Part shown: positions 15,021-24,568 of the stretch, piece by piece
Numbering within the stretch: position 1 is the stretch's first letter
Layout of the letters: every line of letters begins with the position of its first letter
DNA from: a virus
Lineage: Duplodnaviria > Caudoviricetes
DNA length: 27,904 nt
Strand: one strand, 5' to 3'
Virus record (IMG/VR): IMGVR_UViG_3300005281_000077
Span: 1 to 27,904 of that record
The notes under the pieces: model-generated
The model's input: the letters and a program-made list of their open reading frames with translations, nothing else
What the model was told of the DNA's origin: nothing
The model's database searches: none
Translations under genes and position numbers: made by a program

Positions 15021-18000
15021 TTAATCCCCACCCTCCTCATTGCCGTTTGCTGCATGTTGTAAATCTCTTTTGCGATCAATGAGATGTCGTTATCATTCCG
15101 GACGCTGAAATTGAGTACCGCTCCTGCAAATATGCCTTCTGCGCTGAAAGAGTTTGCTCCTGATCCGGAAGCCCCGGCCATCTGTACGGTCGGCGATGTC
15201 ACCCCAGTTAAAACACCTGAAGCCGCTGCAGCCATGTCTGCCGCCCGCTGCCGTACATCGGCGATCGTGTTGCCGATTCCTTTGATAAACCCCTCGCCCG
15301 TATACTCCCCGAGCTCCATTAAGACGCGAGACGGTGAGTGTATTTTTAAGGCATTTCGAATCGTGCCGCTCACACTGTTTGCGATCTCTTGCGCCTTTTT
15401 AACCAGTTGCCCCTGCATTGACGCCAAGCCCGAAATCAAGCCGTTTATCACTTGCTTTCCGATCTCGGGCATGGATGCGACCATTGCATTAAATTGGCCG
15501 GTCGTGCCAGTACGAATCGACGAAATTTTTTGCTGAAACTCATTGCTCAAAAGCGTCAATTGGTTAGATGCTTTTTGTCTGAGCTCGGCAATTTGCTGAT
15601 CCGTATCGTTTTTCAACCCTTGTAATTCGGATACTGCCTGCTCACGGGCCAACCGGCTCTTTTCACGCCATAGTTCTTGGTATTGCTCCAATTGAGCGTC
15701 CGTCAGATAGTTCAAGGCCATGATTTCGTCAGCAGCTTTTGGTCCGGCGCTTTGAAGCTCAGCTAACAATCCCTGATCGATCCCGCGTGCGGCCAGGCTC
15801 GCTAATGCAGACGACCATTCTTTTAATGCTTCGACCTGGCTATTCAGATTTTCGATGAGTTTTTCTCCCGTTACATCTGCCTTACGCGTAACCTCATCGA
15901 AAATACTGGCGAAGCTGTAAATTTGGCTTGCGCGATCCTCAACGGCTTTCTGATAAGCCTCGGTCAGCCTTTGTTCTTCCGCTGCCAAATTGTCGTTGAT
16001 TTCCTTGACTTTGGCCAAATAGTCGTCCGACGCCGCTTTTAGCTGGTTGTAAATCTCTTGCCGGACCTGAGCAGCTTGTTTTTCGGCTTCGATTCGTTCC
16101 TGCGAACCCTTCGCGTAACGCTGCTGGACCCTCTCCCACGCCGACAATTCTTCCATGAGCGACAGTTCCGCGAATTGTTTCCGGCTTTCGATCCATTGCT
16201 TGGATTTCTCGAAGGAATCTCGTTCGGCTTGCTCTTGCGCCTTCAAGATTTCCTGTTTTACGCGATATACCTCGCGGTCGGCGGCCTTCCGTTGCTCCGT
16301 ACCTTCCTTATACCGCGATGCAATTTTTTGCCAGAGGGTCAATTCTTCTTCAAGCGACAATTGGTTGTAATATTTACGTTCGTCGATCCACGCTTTCGAA
16401 GCCTCAAACGCCTCTTTGGCAAGCTCCTCCGCTGACTTCCGAACCTTTTTACCACTCTTCGCAATCCCTTGGGCAAAACCTTCGCCCGTGTATTCGCCAA
16501 GCTGCATTGTCACTCGGGAAGGCGAATGAATGCCAAGCGCATCGCGAATGCCGCTGGTAACTTTGTCGGCAACCCCTTTAATGGCGTCCCCGACCTTATC
16601 GGTCATGCCTTTGATACCATTTACCAGCCCCTGAATGATGTCCTTACCCAACTGCACCATTTGAGCTGGCAGTGTTTTGATCCAGTCGATCGCGGCCGTT
16701 ATCCCGGTTACGATCGCGTCTTTAACGCCCGTAACCGTACTTACAACTGCGTCTCGCATGCGGCCGAACATGTTTGAGCCAATTTTGTAGAGCAAATCTG
16801 GAAGGCTGCGGAACCATCCAAGCAGCGCATTCCAAGCATCCTTAATCCACGAAACCGTAGCGGAAACGATGCTGGATATGATCGATTTGATGCCGCTCCA
16901 TGCCGAATTCGCCGTTGTCTTGATGCCGCTCCACGCCGAATCCAGCACCTTTGCGATCAGGTCTAGCGATGCTGTAAATACCTGCTTAATGCCGTCCCAA
17001 ATATTGGCGAAGGCATTTTTTAGGTTATTCCAAATTGCCTGCGCGTCTTTGGATAAGTTTTCGAAGTCCCCTGTCACCAAGTCGACGATCAACAGGAGCG
17101 CGCCGGCAAATATATTTTTGATCGCCTCCCAAACGCCTGCGAAAAACGTTTTAAACCCATCCATGATCGGGCGAACGACACCGACAAGCGCTGTAAATGC
17201 CGACTGTGCCGCTGCTATGAGCCCATTCCATGTATTCGTGACGAACGAGACAATGCCATTCCATATATTCGTGAAGAAAGTTGCTATGCTCTCAAACACC
17301 GATATCGTGGTGCTTTTGATCGACTCCCATGCAGCAGAAAGGCCAGATTTTATACTATCCCATGTGGAAATTGTGACGGATGCTATGCCGCCCCAAAGAT
17401 CAACGAAAAACTGCTTAATGGATTCCCAATTTTTGATGACCAGATAAACAGCAGCAGCCAAAGCTACAAGAGCAGCGATTATTAGTCCTATTGGATTCGC
17501 GTTCATCGCTGCATTGAGTCCCCATTGGACTGTGGTTAGATCTTTCATTGCCTTTCTGATCAGTGTAAATCCGGCCACAATCTGCGGGATATACCCTATC
17601 AGTAACAACAGCGGTCCGGTAAACAAAAGAAGCGCAGTTGTAAGAGCGCCCACTGTGGCTATGGTCGATTGGACGCCTGATGGCAGGCTATTAAACCCAT
17701 CAACAACCTTTTGTATGATCCCCGTGAGCGTCCGCAACGCCGGAATCAGGGCCGATCCAATCGCGATCTGTGCCGTCTCCAGCGATCCGCTCAACTGCTC
17801 AAGGGTGCCCTTGAACGTGTCCAGCTTTTGCGCGGCTACGTCTTCGGCGGAGATTTTACCCATCGCCGTCGCCATGGCCTCAACGCCCTGCGCGCCCTCT
17901 TTGTAGAGGATGTTTGCGGCGCGGATGGCGTCGGAACCGAACATAACCTCCAATGCCGCCTGCCGCTGCCGGTCGTTAAGGTTGGCCATGCTTTTGTTGA

Positions 18001-19351
18001 GCAAATCCGCAATCTCGGACATGCTTTTAAGCTGGCCGTTGGCGTCGTAGAACGATGAGTACACCCAGCCATTTGCCTCGATCATTTCCTGGGCTTGCTT
18101 GAAATACTTGCTGCTGACGGTTTTGGCGCCGTCCATTTTCGCGATGTATCCGGCCAAGGCGGAAGTAATATCATCAACGGACTCGCTCGCCGGTTTTATA
18201 CCCACTTTTGCGAAGTATTCCATGACTTTTTGGGTATCGACTGTCAAGAGGCCCAGGCGCTTAAACTCGTTGTACGCAGCTTCGGTGCTGGGCTGCAGGT
18301 TCATGAGCATCGTCTTGAGCGACGTACCCGCATCGCTACCCTTAAGCCCATTCTGGGCGAACGCCGCAAGCGCCGTTACCGTGTCTTCAAAAGACAACCC
18401 GACGCCAGACGCCACAGCGGAAACCTGCGACAAGCCGAATTTAAGCTCTCCGACACTCGTCGCGGAGGCGTTCGCTGCTCCGGCCAGAATGTCGGCGGCC
18501 TGCTGGACGGTGATGGCATCATCCTTGAACGCATTGAGCGCTGTGCTTGCAATCTCGGCAGCGTCCGCCAACTCCAGTTCGCCGGCCGTCGCCAAAGATA
18601 AAGCGCCCGACAGCCCTCCGTTTAGGATGTCCTGGACACTTACACCGGCTTTGACCAGTTCCTCGATGCCGCGCGCCGCTTCGGTTGCGCTGTATTTGGT
18701 TTGCGCCCCCATGGTAACGGCCAAGTCCTTAAGCTCGTCCTTGAACTGAGCGACTTCATCCGGCGCCATGACGGAGTAGACATTTGCCATTCCCTGTTCA
18801 AAGTCAGCAGCGCCCTTGACAGCCACGCCCAAGCCTGCAGCAATTGCAGCGCCGGCCGCCGTCATGCCGGTACCCAGCTTTTTGGCTTGCTCGAAGGTAT
18901 TCCCGAGCGATTGTTTGGCCTGTTCAAACGATTCCTGATAGTCCTTGCCGAGCTTTTTCACAAAGCCGCTTTGATCGCCAAGCTCTTTCGTGACATCGGA
19001 GAGGCGGTCTTCCAGATTCCGGAGCTCCGCTTCTGTCTTCGCAACCTCGCGCTGGAATGCCCGGTATTGGCCCTGGCTAATCTCGCCGCGGGCAAGTTGG
19101 TCGTTTACCTGTTCCTGAGCTGCACGCAGCCGGTCGAGTTTTTCCCTCGTGTTCGCGACGGCGTCGCCCAGGAGCTTTTGCTTTTGCGCGACCAATTCTG
19201 TATTTGATGGGTCGAGTTTAAGAAGCTTCTCGACCTGCTTGAGTTCAGATTGGATATCGCGACTCTTTTTGTTTACATCAGACAGGGCGGCAGACAAACC
19301 GGTTGTCTCCGCCCCTATGACGACGTTTATGCCTTTAATTGTTTCGGCCAA
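15017..19351 (-). CDS. tail tape measure protein
   Basis: ~1444 aa; TP901-type core (YSATEAA..GLKGSDAGTSLKTML), Trp-periodic repeats, two IHSPSR motifs; TTG 19351 fits the SD better than GTG 19360. Confidence 0.95.
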   Translation of the reverse strand: MAETIKGINVVIGAETTGLSAALSDVNKKSRDIQSELKQVEKLLKLDPSNTELVAQKQKLLGDAVANTREKLDRLRAAQEQVNDQLARGEISQGQYRAFQREVAKTEAELRNLEDRLSDVTKELGDQSGFVKKLGKDYQESFEQAKQSLGNTFEQAKKLGTGMTAAGAAIAAGLGVAVKGAADFEQGMANVYSVMAPDEVAQFKDELKDLAVTMGAQTKYSATEAARGIEELVKAGVSVQDILNGGLSGALSLATAGELELADAAEIASTALNAFKDDAITVQQAADILAGAANASATSVGELKFGLSQVSAVASGVGLSFEDTVTALAAFAQNGLKGSDAGTSLKTMLMNLQPSTEAAYNEFKRLGLLTVDTQKVMEYFAKVGIKPASESVDDITSALAGYIAKMDGAKTVSSKYFKQAQEMIEANGWVYSSFYDANGQLKSMSEIADLLNKSMANLNDRQRQAALEVMFGSDAIRAANILYKEGAQGVEAMATAMGKISAEDVAAQKLDTFKGTLEQLSGSLETAQIAIGSALIPALRTLTGIIQKVVDGFNSLPSGVQSTIATVGALTTALLLFTGPLLLLIGYIPQIVAGFTLIRKAMKDLTTVQWGLNAAMNANPIGLIIAALVALAAAVYLVIKNWESIKQFFVDLWGGIASVTISTWDSIKSGLSAAWESIKSTTISVFESIATFFTNIWNGIVSFVTNTWNGLIAAAQSAFTALVGVVRPIMDGFKTFFAGVWEAIKNIFAGALLLIVDLVTGDFENLSKDAQAIWNNLKNAFANIWDGIKQVFTASLDLIAKVLDSAWSGIKTTANSAWSGIKSIISSIVSATVSWIKDAWNALLGWFRSLPDLLYKIGSNMFGRMRDAVVSTVTGVKDAIVTGITAAIDWIKTLPAQMVQLGKDIIQGLVNGIKGMTDKVGDAIKGVADKVTSGIRDALGIHSPSRVTMQLGEYTGEGFAQGIAKSGKKVRKSAEELAKEAFEASKAWIDERKYYNQLSLEEELTLWQKIASRYKEGTEQRKAADREVYRVKQEILKAQEQAERDSFEKSKQWIESRKQFAELSLMEELSAWERVQQRYAKGSQERIEAEKQAAQVRQEIYNQLKAASDDYLAKVKEINDNLAAEEQRLTEAYQKAVEDRASQIYSFASIFDEVTRKADVTGEKLIENLNSQVEALKEWSSALASLAARGIDQGLLAELQSAGPKAADEIMALNYLTDAQLEQYQELWREKSRLAREQAVSELQGLKNDTDQQIAELRQKASNQLTLLSNEFQQKISSIRTGTTGQFNAMVASMPEIGKQVINGLISGLASMQGQLVKKAQEIANSVSGTIRNALKIHSPSRVLMELGEYTGEGFIKGIGNTIADVRQRAADMAAAASGVLTGVTSPTVQMAGASGSGANSFSAEGIFAGAVLNFSVRNDNDISLIAKEIYNMQQTAMRRVGIK

Positions 19352-19359
19352 AGGTTTCA

Positions 19360-19414
19360 CCCGCCTTTTATTTCAAAGGCAGGCATTGGCTCGCTACTTG
19401 ATGTGCGGCTCGCT
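19360..19414 (-). promoter_or_regulatory. RBS-sequestering hairpin of the tape measure gene plus tandem AGCGAGCC boxes
   Basis: Minus strand AGCGAGCC(19414-07)...AGCGAGCC(19395-88), then CCTGCCTTT-GAAATA-AAAGGCGGG, which pairs the SD. Confidence 0.5.
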
Positions 19415-19537
19415 CTGTTCCTTTAATTTCACAGTCAAGATTTTTTTGCAGCGCTGGCACTTGATTTCGAGGTCAGCGCTGTGTGCATAAAACAAGGTCT
19501 GCCCACAATGTGGGCATTGAATCTTTTTCATCAGCAT
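19394..19537 (-). CDS. Mu Com-like zinc-finger protein (47 aa; absent from the ORF track)
   Basis: MLMKKIQCPHCGQTLFYAHSADLEIKCQRCKKILTV...: CxxC..L..EIKCxRC; TGATG coupling with the upstream gene. Confidence 0.75.
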   Translation of the reverse strand: MLMKKIQCPHCGQTLFYAHSADLEIKCQRCKKILTVKLKEQSEPHIK

Positions 19538-19845
19538 CAACTCGCTTCGACTTCTTTGCGCAATTTGTCCATTGCTACGGTGAGTTTCCTTTTCGTTTTC
19601 CTGATTCGCTTATCGAGACAATCCGCTTGCTTCGCTGACATGCCCCTGCGCAGTTTACGCTGCAGGGCGCTCAGCTCCTCTTTGAGCCTCTTTGTGACAG
19701 AATTCTGATAATATGCCGTATACACCTTGCCGCAATGAGGGCATGAAAAGCCGACTCGTTCTATGTCGCCCTTGACAACTTCACTTCCATAGCTGATCAG
19801 TATAAAATCCTGACCGCAGCCTTCGTTGCAGACCAGATTTAACAA
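19537..19845 (-). CDS. zinc-ribbon / coiled-coil hypothetical protein
   Basis: CNEGC and FSCPHCG motifs followed by a basic coiled coil. Confidence 0.7.
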   Translation of the reverse strand: MLNLVCNEGCGQDFILISYGSEVVKGDIERVGFSCPHCGKVYTAYYQNSVTKRLKEELSALQRKLRRGMSAKQADCLDKRIRKTKRKLTVAMDKLRKEVEAS

Positions 19846-19851
19846 AGCGAC

Positions 19852-20079
19852 TCACCCCCGGTAAAATGCGTCAATATCGTCCTGTGTTGCCATTCGCGGA
19901 CCGTCGTCCTTCGCCCCCATATAGGAACGCGCTAAATCAAAAAGGTCTGTCACCCGCAGTTCGTTCATCTCTGCAAATGACAGACCTATCCGCTTCCCTA
20001 CCGCCAGCACATCGATTTCCGTTCGTCGTTCTGGGTCAACGGACTCCTCCTTTGATTCCGTCTGCCCCGGAACGAAAAA
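19852..20079 (-). CDS. tail assembly chaperone frameshift extension (gpT-like)
   Basis: The frame overlapping the chaperone 3' end ends in PRMATQDDIDAF; entered at TTT TTT CGT (20080-20072). Confidence 0.7.
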   Translation of the reverse strand, partial: FFVPGQTESKEESVDPERRTEIDVLAVGKRIGLSFAEMNELRVTDLFDLARSYMGAKDDGPRMATQDDIDAFYRG

Positions 20080-20434
20080 AGCCGTTCGCCGCTTCCTCAA
20101 TTACCGCGGTCAAAGTGTCGCCGCTGAAAAGGTCGAACGACTCCAAAGATGCAATCCATTCTTGGAACGACGGGAAAGGACGCCCAAAGGCGTCAGCCTT
20201 CGCCATCGCCCAAATTAGCTGAAGAAAAGCGATCGAATCGAGCGCACCGAGATTAATCTTCGAGAAATCAATTTGCCCTACTCCGCTAATCAACGCCTCC
20301 ATACCAACAAGCGACTGCACCATTTTAAGCAGATCGCCGAGCAAATCCGTCTTAAATTCCTGCCGATAATACAAAAGAGCCAGGGGCGTCGCCCTGACTC
20401 TGACCGTCTGTTCTCCAATTTTAAGTTCGCGCAT
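20036..20434 (-). CDS. tail assembly chaperone (gpG-like)
   Basis: Between the tail tube and tape measure genes; ATPLALLYYRQEF..D.L motif. Confidence 0.8.
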   Translation of the reverse strand: MRELKIGEQTVRVRATPLALLYYRQEFKTDLLGDLLKMVQSLVGMEALISGVGQIDFSKINLGALDSIAFLQLIWAMAKADAFGRPFPSFQEWIASLESFDLFSGDTLTAVIEEAANGFFRSGADGIKGGVR

Positions 20435-21024
20435 TAGGTGCTCACACCACCCGTAAACGACGGAACGTAAACGGCATTAAAGAATCCGTTGTATGCCGTC
20501 GCGTTAGTGTCGCTCAACTCCAAATCGCCTTTTACGATGTTTTTTCCGTCAATTTCAATCGGCGAAATCGTCAGGTTCAAAACATCGGTTGCCGGCGTGA
20601 TTGATTCGTTTTTCGTCGTACGTTCTTTCGCCGGCCGAGCTGCGACGCAATCATAATAAACAAAACGGCGGTTCCGCTTATCTCCTTGGACTTGGCCGAG
20701 AAGCGCGAACTTTTTCGGGATTGCATCAGAAACTTCGATCAATGCGCCATTATCATCGATCTCCCAACCAAGCATTTCGGCAAGGACAGCATCCGGCACG
20801 TTTGCCAGTTCCAGCTCGCCGGTGTATCCGTTGTTCGCGGTCACCGTAAAATACGCCGTATTGTCCGCATAAAACGTGGACGATTCGCCTACGGTTGACG
20901 GCGTCCAGCGAACAGCTCCGGGGATCGGAACAGGCGTTTTCCATGCCGGCTGCGTCTGTGCTTCTGTGTCCACAAATGCGATATGGACTTTTTCAAGCCC
21001 AAATGTCACTTTGTTCTGAGACAT
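20434..21024 (-). CDS. major tail (tube) protein, phi13 family
   Basis: NKVTFGL..VH, PIPGA, FYADN..Y and NNGY.GELE motifs. Confidence 0.9.
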   Translation of the reverse strand: MSQNKVTFGLEKVHIAFVDTEAQTQPAWKTPVPIPGAVRWTPSTVGESSTFYADNTAYFTVTANNGYTGELELANVPDAVLAEMLGWEIDDNGALIEVSDAIPKKFALLGQVQGDKRNRRFVYYDCVAARPAKERTTKNESITPATDVLNLTISPIEIDGKNIVKGDLELSDTNATAYNGFFNAVYVPSFTGGVST

Positions 21025-21031
21025 GTTCGGT

Positions 21032-21367
21032 TCACTCTCCTATGATTTGAACTTCGTAAATGGTTTGAAAGAGCTTTTCATCGTCCAGCCAAGTTCCCGT
21101 TTTGGAATATGGCAATCTTAGCTCTTTTAGTTTGTTCTGAACGCGCTTTTCAGCGGAGACATCTTTGATCGCGGTATATAGCTCAATCTGATAGTTGCTG
21201 ACCTCGACGTAATTCAGATTGTCGGCCATTACATCGTTGGAATAAGCAAACTGCACCGTAATAAATGGCGGTGGTGGGGCGGGATTTTCGGGCGTAGAAA
21301 CAAAATGGCTATATGCCACCGGGAAGCCGATAGATTCTAGAGCCTGAATTATTTCTGCATTTGTCAT
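21032..21367 (-). CDS. tail completion/terminator protein
   Basis: PVAYSHF..PPPPFI..ADN..QIELYT motifs; synteny. Confidence 0.75.
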   Translation of the reverse strand: MTNAEIIQALESIGFPVAYSHFVSTPENPAPPPPFITVQFAYSNDVMADNLNYVEVSNYQIELYTAIKDVSAEKRVQNKLKELRLPYSKTGTWLDDEKLFQTIYEVQIIGE

Positions 21368-21762
21368 GTGCCGCCCCCGTTGCGGATGATCCGCTTGATT
21401 TCGTCCGGCAACTTCGCAGCATGCTTATCGTGAGCCGGCCGCAAATGCGGATAAGCCTTAACCCGACCACCGCCGCGCTTGGCATGACCAAACTCAAGTA
21501 AATGCACGCGCCGATAATGCTTTTTGTTCCAGATGACACGCCTCGTTTTTTCACCCCGGTCCTGCTTTGTGACTTTAAACCCCGCTGTATAGTCGCCAGT
21601 ACGGTCCTTATAGGAGTGGTTCGTTTGCACTTCTTTGAGGACTTCATTGGCGACCTCATCGACTTTTTCCGCAATTGCTTCGGACACATCTTCGGTATAC
21701 TCCCGAACGGCTTTTGTGATCTCGTTAGCAAGTTGATTAATCGAAATATTAACCATTACCAA
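21364..21762 (-). CDS. HK97 gp10 family neck protein
   Basis: RTGDY..HLLEFGHAKRGGGRV..PHLRPA motifs. Confidence 0.85.
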   Translation of the reverse strand: MVMVNISINQLANEITKAVREYTEDVSEAIAEKVDEVANEVLKEVQTNHSYKDRTGDYTAGFKVTKQDRGEKTRRVIWNKKHYRRVHLLEFGHAKRGGGRVKAYPHLRPAHDKHAAKLPDEIKRIIRNGGGT

Positions 21763-22078
21763 GCACCCTCTCGCAAACCAAAATCACTTTGTCGCCGTTG
21801 TTCCTTGTCCGAATGATGCTGTAGACGATCCCTTCATATTTAAGCTTTTGTTGGCCCGAATAATGGACGGCGTAAGTCTCCAATTGCTTTTCCGGGCGAA
21901 GGCCAGCGGCCGCGGCATTGTAGAATGCTGAGTCGCTGACGTTCAACTCGCGCCCGAACACCTTCTTTTCGGAATAGGACGGGATTTGGTTCCCATCCTC
22001 GTCCCTAGTGATGGTGCTCGACATCAGAAAAAAGACTTTGTCGTAGCGGACCATTTGACTTCGCTTCATCGTCGCCAT
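21749..22078 (-). CDS. head closure / head-tail adaptor protein
   Basis: DEDGNQI, FYNAAAAGLRP and YSIIRT motifs; synteny. Confidence 0.75.
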   Translation of the reverse strand: MATMKRSQMVRYDKVFFLMSSTITRDEDGNQIPSYSEKKVFGRELNVSDSAFYNAAAAGLRPEKQLETYAVHYSGQQKLKYEGIVYSIIRTRNNGDKVILVCERVLGNG

Positions 22079-22357
22079 TTAAACCACCTGGCTTCGATAT
22101 GCTAATTGATTCGCCATGACATAAAAGGCGGGTGAGAACTTCGTCTCCCCGCCTGTCAAGTTCCAGATGTCGGTCACGCCGAGCACAATTACGCCGACGG
22201 CTAGATCATCATTGAGCACCGCATCAGATACGCCGGCCCCTTTTAAGAACGACTTCACGGCCAAAATTTTTTGCATAAGCACGCCGTCAAAATCGGTTCC
22301 ATCTTCGGGTAGGCTCAACCCTTTTTTGCATTCGACGAGCAGATCGGCGTCAGTCAT
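22079..22357 (-). CDS. head-tail connector (gp6-like)
   Basis: 92-aa helical protein after the capsid gene. Confidence 0.7.
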   Translation of the reverse strand: MTDADLLVECKKGLSLPEDGTDFDGVLMQKILAVKSFLKGAGVSDAVLNDDLAVGVIVLGVTDIWNLTGGETKFSPAFYVMANQLAYRSQVV

Positions 22358-22560
22358 TTCGCAACACCGGCTTCCGCATCCACGCTGAACGGAACAAGCA
22401 CGATTTTCACGCCACTTTTCGCTTGTTCGAAGCGCAGCTTTTCCGAAAGTTGCTCATGCTCTGCTTGAGAGAGCGGACGATTCGCCTTCCAAAGCAGGAT
22501 GGTTTCACCGTTTACCTTGATTTCGCCGGCCGGTTCTGCCTCCGTTTTTTTTCTTGCCAT
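22354..22560 (-). CDS. hypothetical protein
   Basis: SD GGGGGTGA; 68 aa; ATGA overlap with the next gene. Confidence 0.65.
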   Translation of the reverse strand: MARKKTEAEPAGEIKVNGETILLWKANRPLSQAEHEQLSEKLRFEQAKSGVKIVLVPFSVDAEAGVAK

Positions 22561-22577
22561 GTCATCACCCCCAATTT

Positions 22578-22600
22578 AAAAGAGGGGCATTAAGCCCCTC
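22578..22600 (-). terminator. post-capsid terminator/attenuator hairpin
   Basis: GAGGGGC-TTAAT-GCCCCTC-TTTT. Confidence 0.6.
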
Positions 22601-22603
22601 CGA

Positions 22604-23923
22604 TCAGGTTGCAGCGCCTTTCTTGACGATAACGACGCCGTTCGGGTCGATCAGTTTGCCATCGGCAATCAAGATTGCTTTGTCAACCCATTCATTCGTG
22701 TCATGGTCGAAGTAGCGGAACATGGTCATTTGCATGTTGCTGTTGAAACCATAATTTCGCAGATCGCAGTATACCGCCACCACATCACCTTCAGCAGCGT
22801 CATCAAACGGCGCAATCACATCATCTTCGACTTGAATGACTTCTTTTCCGCCGAAACGTTCTTGCGGACCGTCCGTAATGCCGTAATTCACACGACCAAC
22901 GGGCTGGCCGTTCGCATCGACCATGCCGTCGATATATCCTTCAAACGTGCCGGAAGCCATAAGGAACGTAGCTCCGGCTTTGTAAGCGAGCGGCATTTTC
23001 GCGAATACTTTGCGTTTCCATGCATCCCATGTTGCAAATTCGGACGGCGACAACGTGACAATTTGGGTAGACGGAACCCGATTGTCGGCCGTAATACCGA
23101 GCGGTTTGCCCGTTCCGTCGCCTTTAATGACCGCAAGGTCGACAGCCTGAACCATGGCTTCCACGATTAGATCCGTGATGACATTTTCGAACCCGGTCAG
23201 GGTTACAGTATCAGCCAACAACGACGTCGAAACCTTGCATTCCAGTCCATAGTAGCTGAATGTAACACTGGTGTTCGCCTGAACCTTTTGCTTATCGCTA
23301 GTCGGCGCTTCCCCGATCCACGTCGCCTTCGGACGAAGAGAAAGAATCGGAACTGTCACGCCACCTTTGATGTTGAGCTTGCGAACGCGATTGAACACCT
23401 GTCCATAAACCGTCATTTTCTTGACGACTTCGTTCAAAATCGTGCTCGGAATGACGGCGGTCACATCAGAAACGGCGGTCATTGCATCAGCACGAGCTTC
23501 TTGACCAACAAGCAAAGCAGGTGTAACCTTGCCTGTTTTCGCAAATTGCATGAATGCCTGCCGATATTCAAGCGTGCCATAAATATCTTCTGGCTCCGCA
23601 GAACGCTGTTGCGGTTGTTGACCTCCGCCCAAGCCGTATGCGGCCAGAATTTGCGTGCGGCCGACAGGGGACCCGGAACGTTGTTGCCCTTGATCATCTG
23701 CCGGAGGCAGTACGCCTCGATTTTCTTCAACCGAATCGTCCGGCATGACATCGACAATGCCGCGAAGCTCCGCGATTTCGGTATTCAGTGTTTCAAGCTC
23801 GGCATTGATGGAGCGGAGCTCTTTCACATCTTCCGTGGTGTTCGCCTTCGAGACGAGTTCAGCTTTGCGCGCTTCCTTCTTTGCAATCAAATCAAGCAGT
23901 TTCTTTTTGTTCACTTTGACCAC
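22604..23923 (-). CDS. major capsid protein, HK97 family
   Basis: N-terminal coiled-coil delta domain; ATWIGE and GDGTGKPLGI motifs. Confidence 0.93.
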   Translation of the reverse strand: MVKVNKKKLLDLIAKKEARKAELVSKANTTEDVKELRSINAELETLNTEIAELRGIVDVMPDDSVEENRGVLPPADDQGQQRSGSPVGRTQILAAYGLGGGQQPQQRSAEPEDIYGTLEYRQAFMQFAKTGKVTPALLVGQEARADAMTAVSDVTAVIPSTILNEVVKKMTVYGQVFNRVRKLNIKGGVTVPILSLRPKATWIGEAPTSDKQKVQANTSVTFSYYGLECKVSTSLLADTVTLTGFENVITDLIVEAMVQAVDLAVIKGDGTGKPLGITADNRVPSTQIVTLSPSEFATWDAWKRKVFAKMPLAYKAGATFLMASGTFEGYIDGMVDANGQPVGRVNYGITDGPQERFGGKEVIQVEDDVIAPFDDAAEGDVVAVYCDLRNYGFNSNMQMTMFRYFDHDTNEWVDKAILIADGKLIDPNGVVIVKKGAAT

Positions 23924-24568
23924 TTATCCTTTCGCGAGAATTTTGGCTTTGAGTCTTAGTGCTTCCAGCTCGTCTTTCGAACTCTCCAGTTCGGACCTCG
24001 CGCTCCCCAGCGCGGCGCGGGCGCTCTCCAGTGCCTGCTTGTCACGAGCCGATATGTCAGTTCCCGAATAAGCCGGGAACGAGACAGCGGATACTTCGTA
24101 AACTTTTGCGATATCCAAAATGCGACGAGTCGGGTAATCGGTATCGAGGTTTTCCCATTTTTGCTCGCGCACGACAAAAATAAAGGACATCCCGGAGATG
24201 TCCCCTCTGCCTATGGCGCTATAAAGTGCCTTGGCATCTGCATTATTTTCGATATCCAAAGTCGCTCGGGTAAAAAGCCCCTGATCGTCAATGGATAGTT
24301 GCAGCGTGGAATTGACGTTGTTGTTACGGCTCCTAGCCAACGGAATCTTCGACAAGTCGTGATTGACGGTTAATACAACATCCCGAAAATCGGTATTGTC
24401 GAAGGCTCCGCGCTCGATGATTTCTTGGAACCATCCGCCAATGTCGGTCGGTTGATTAAAAACGGCCGCATGGCCTTGGATGATTCCGTTATCCTGCTCT
24501 GCGCGAATATCCGGCATCGCAAACGCCCGGACAGTGCGCTCAAATGTGTCGGGTAATTTTTTACTCAC
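23924..24568 (-). CDS. HK97 family prohead protease
   Basis: GHAAVFN, EIIERGAF, NHD, GMSFIF and EVSAVSFPAY motifs. Confidence 0.93.
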   Translation of the reverse strand: MSKKLPDTFERTVRAFAMPDIRAEQDNGIIQGHAAVFNQPTDIGGWFQEIIERGAFDNTDFRDVVLTVNHDLSKIPLARSRNNNVNSTLQLSIDDQGLFTRATLDIENNADAKALYSAIGRGDISGMSFIFVVREQKWENLDTDYPTRRILDIAKVYEVSAVSFPAYSGTDISARDKQALESARAALGSARSELESSKDELEALRLKAKILAKG

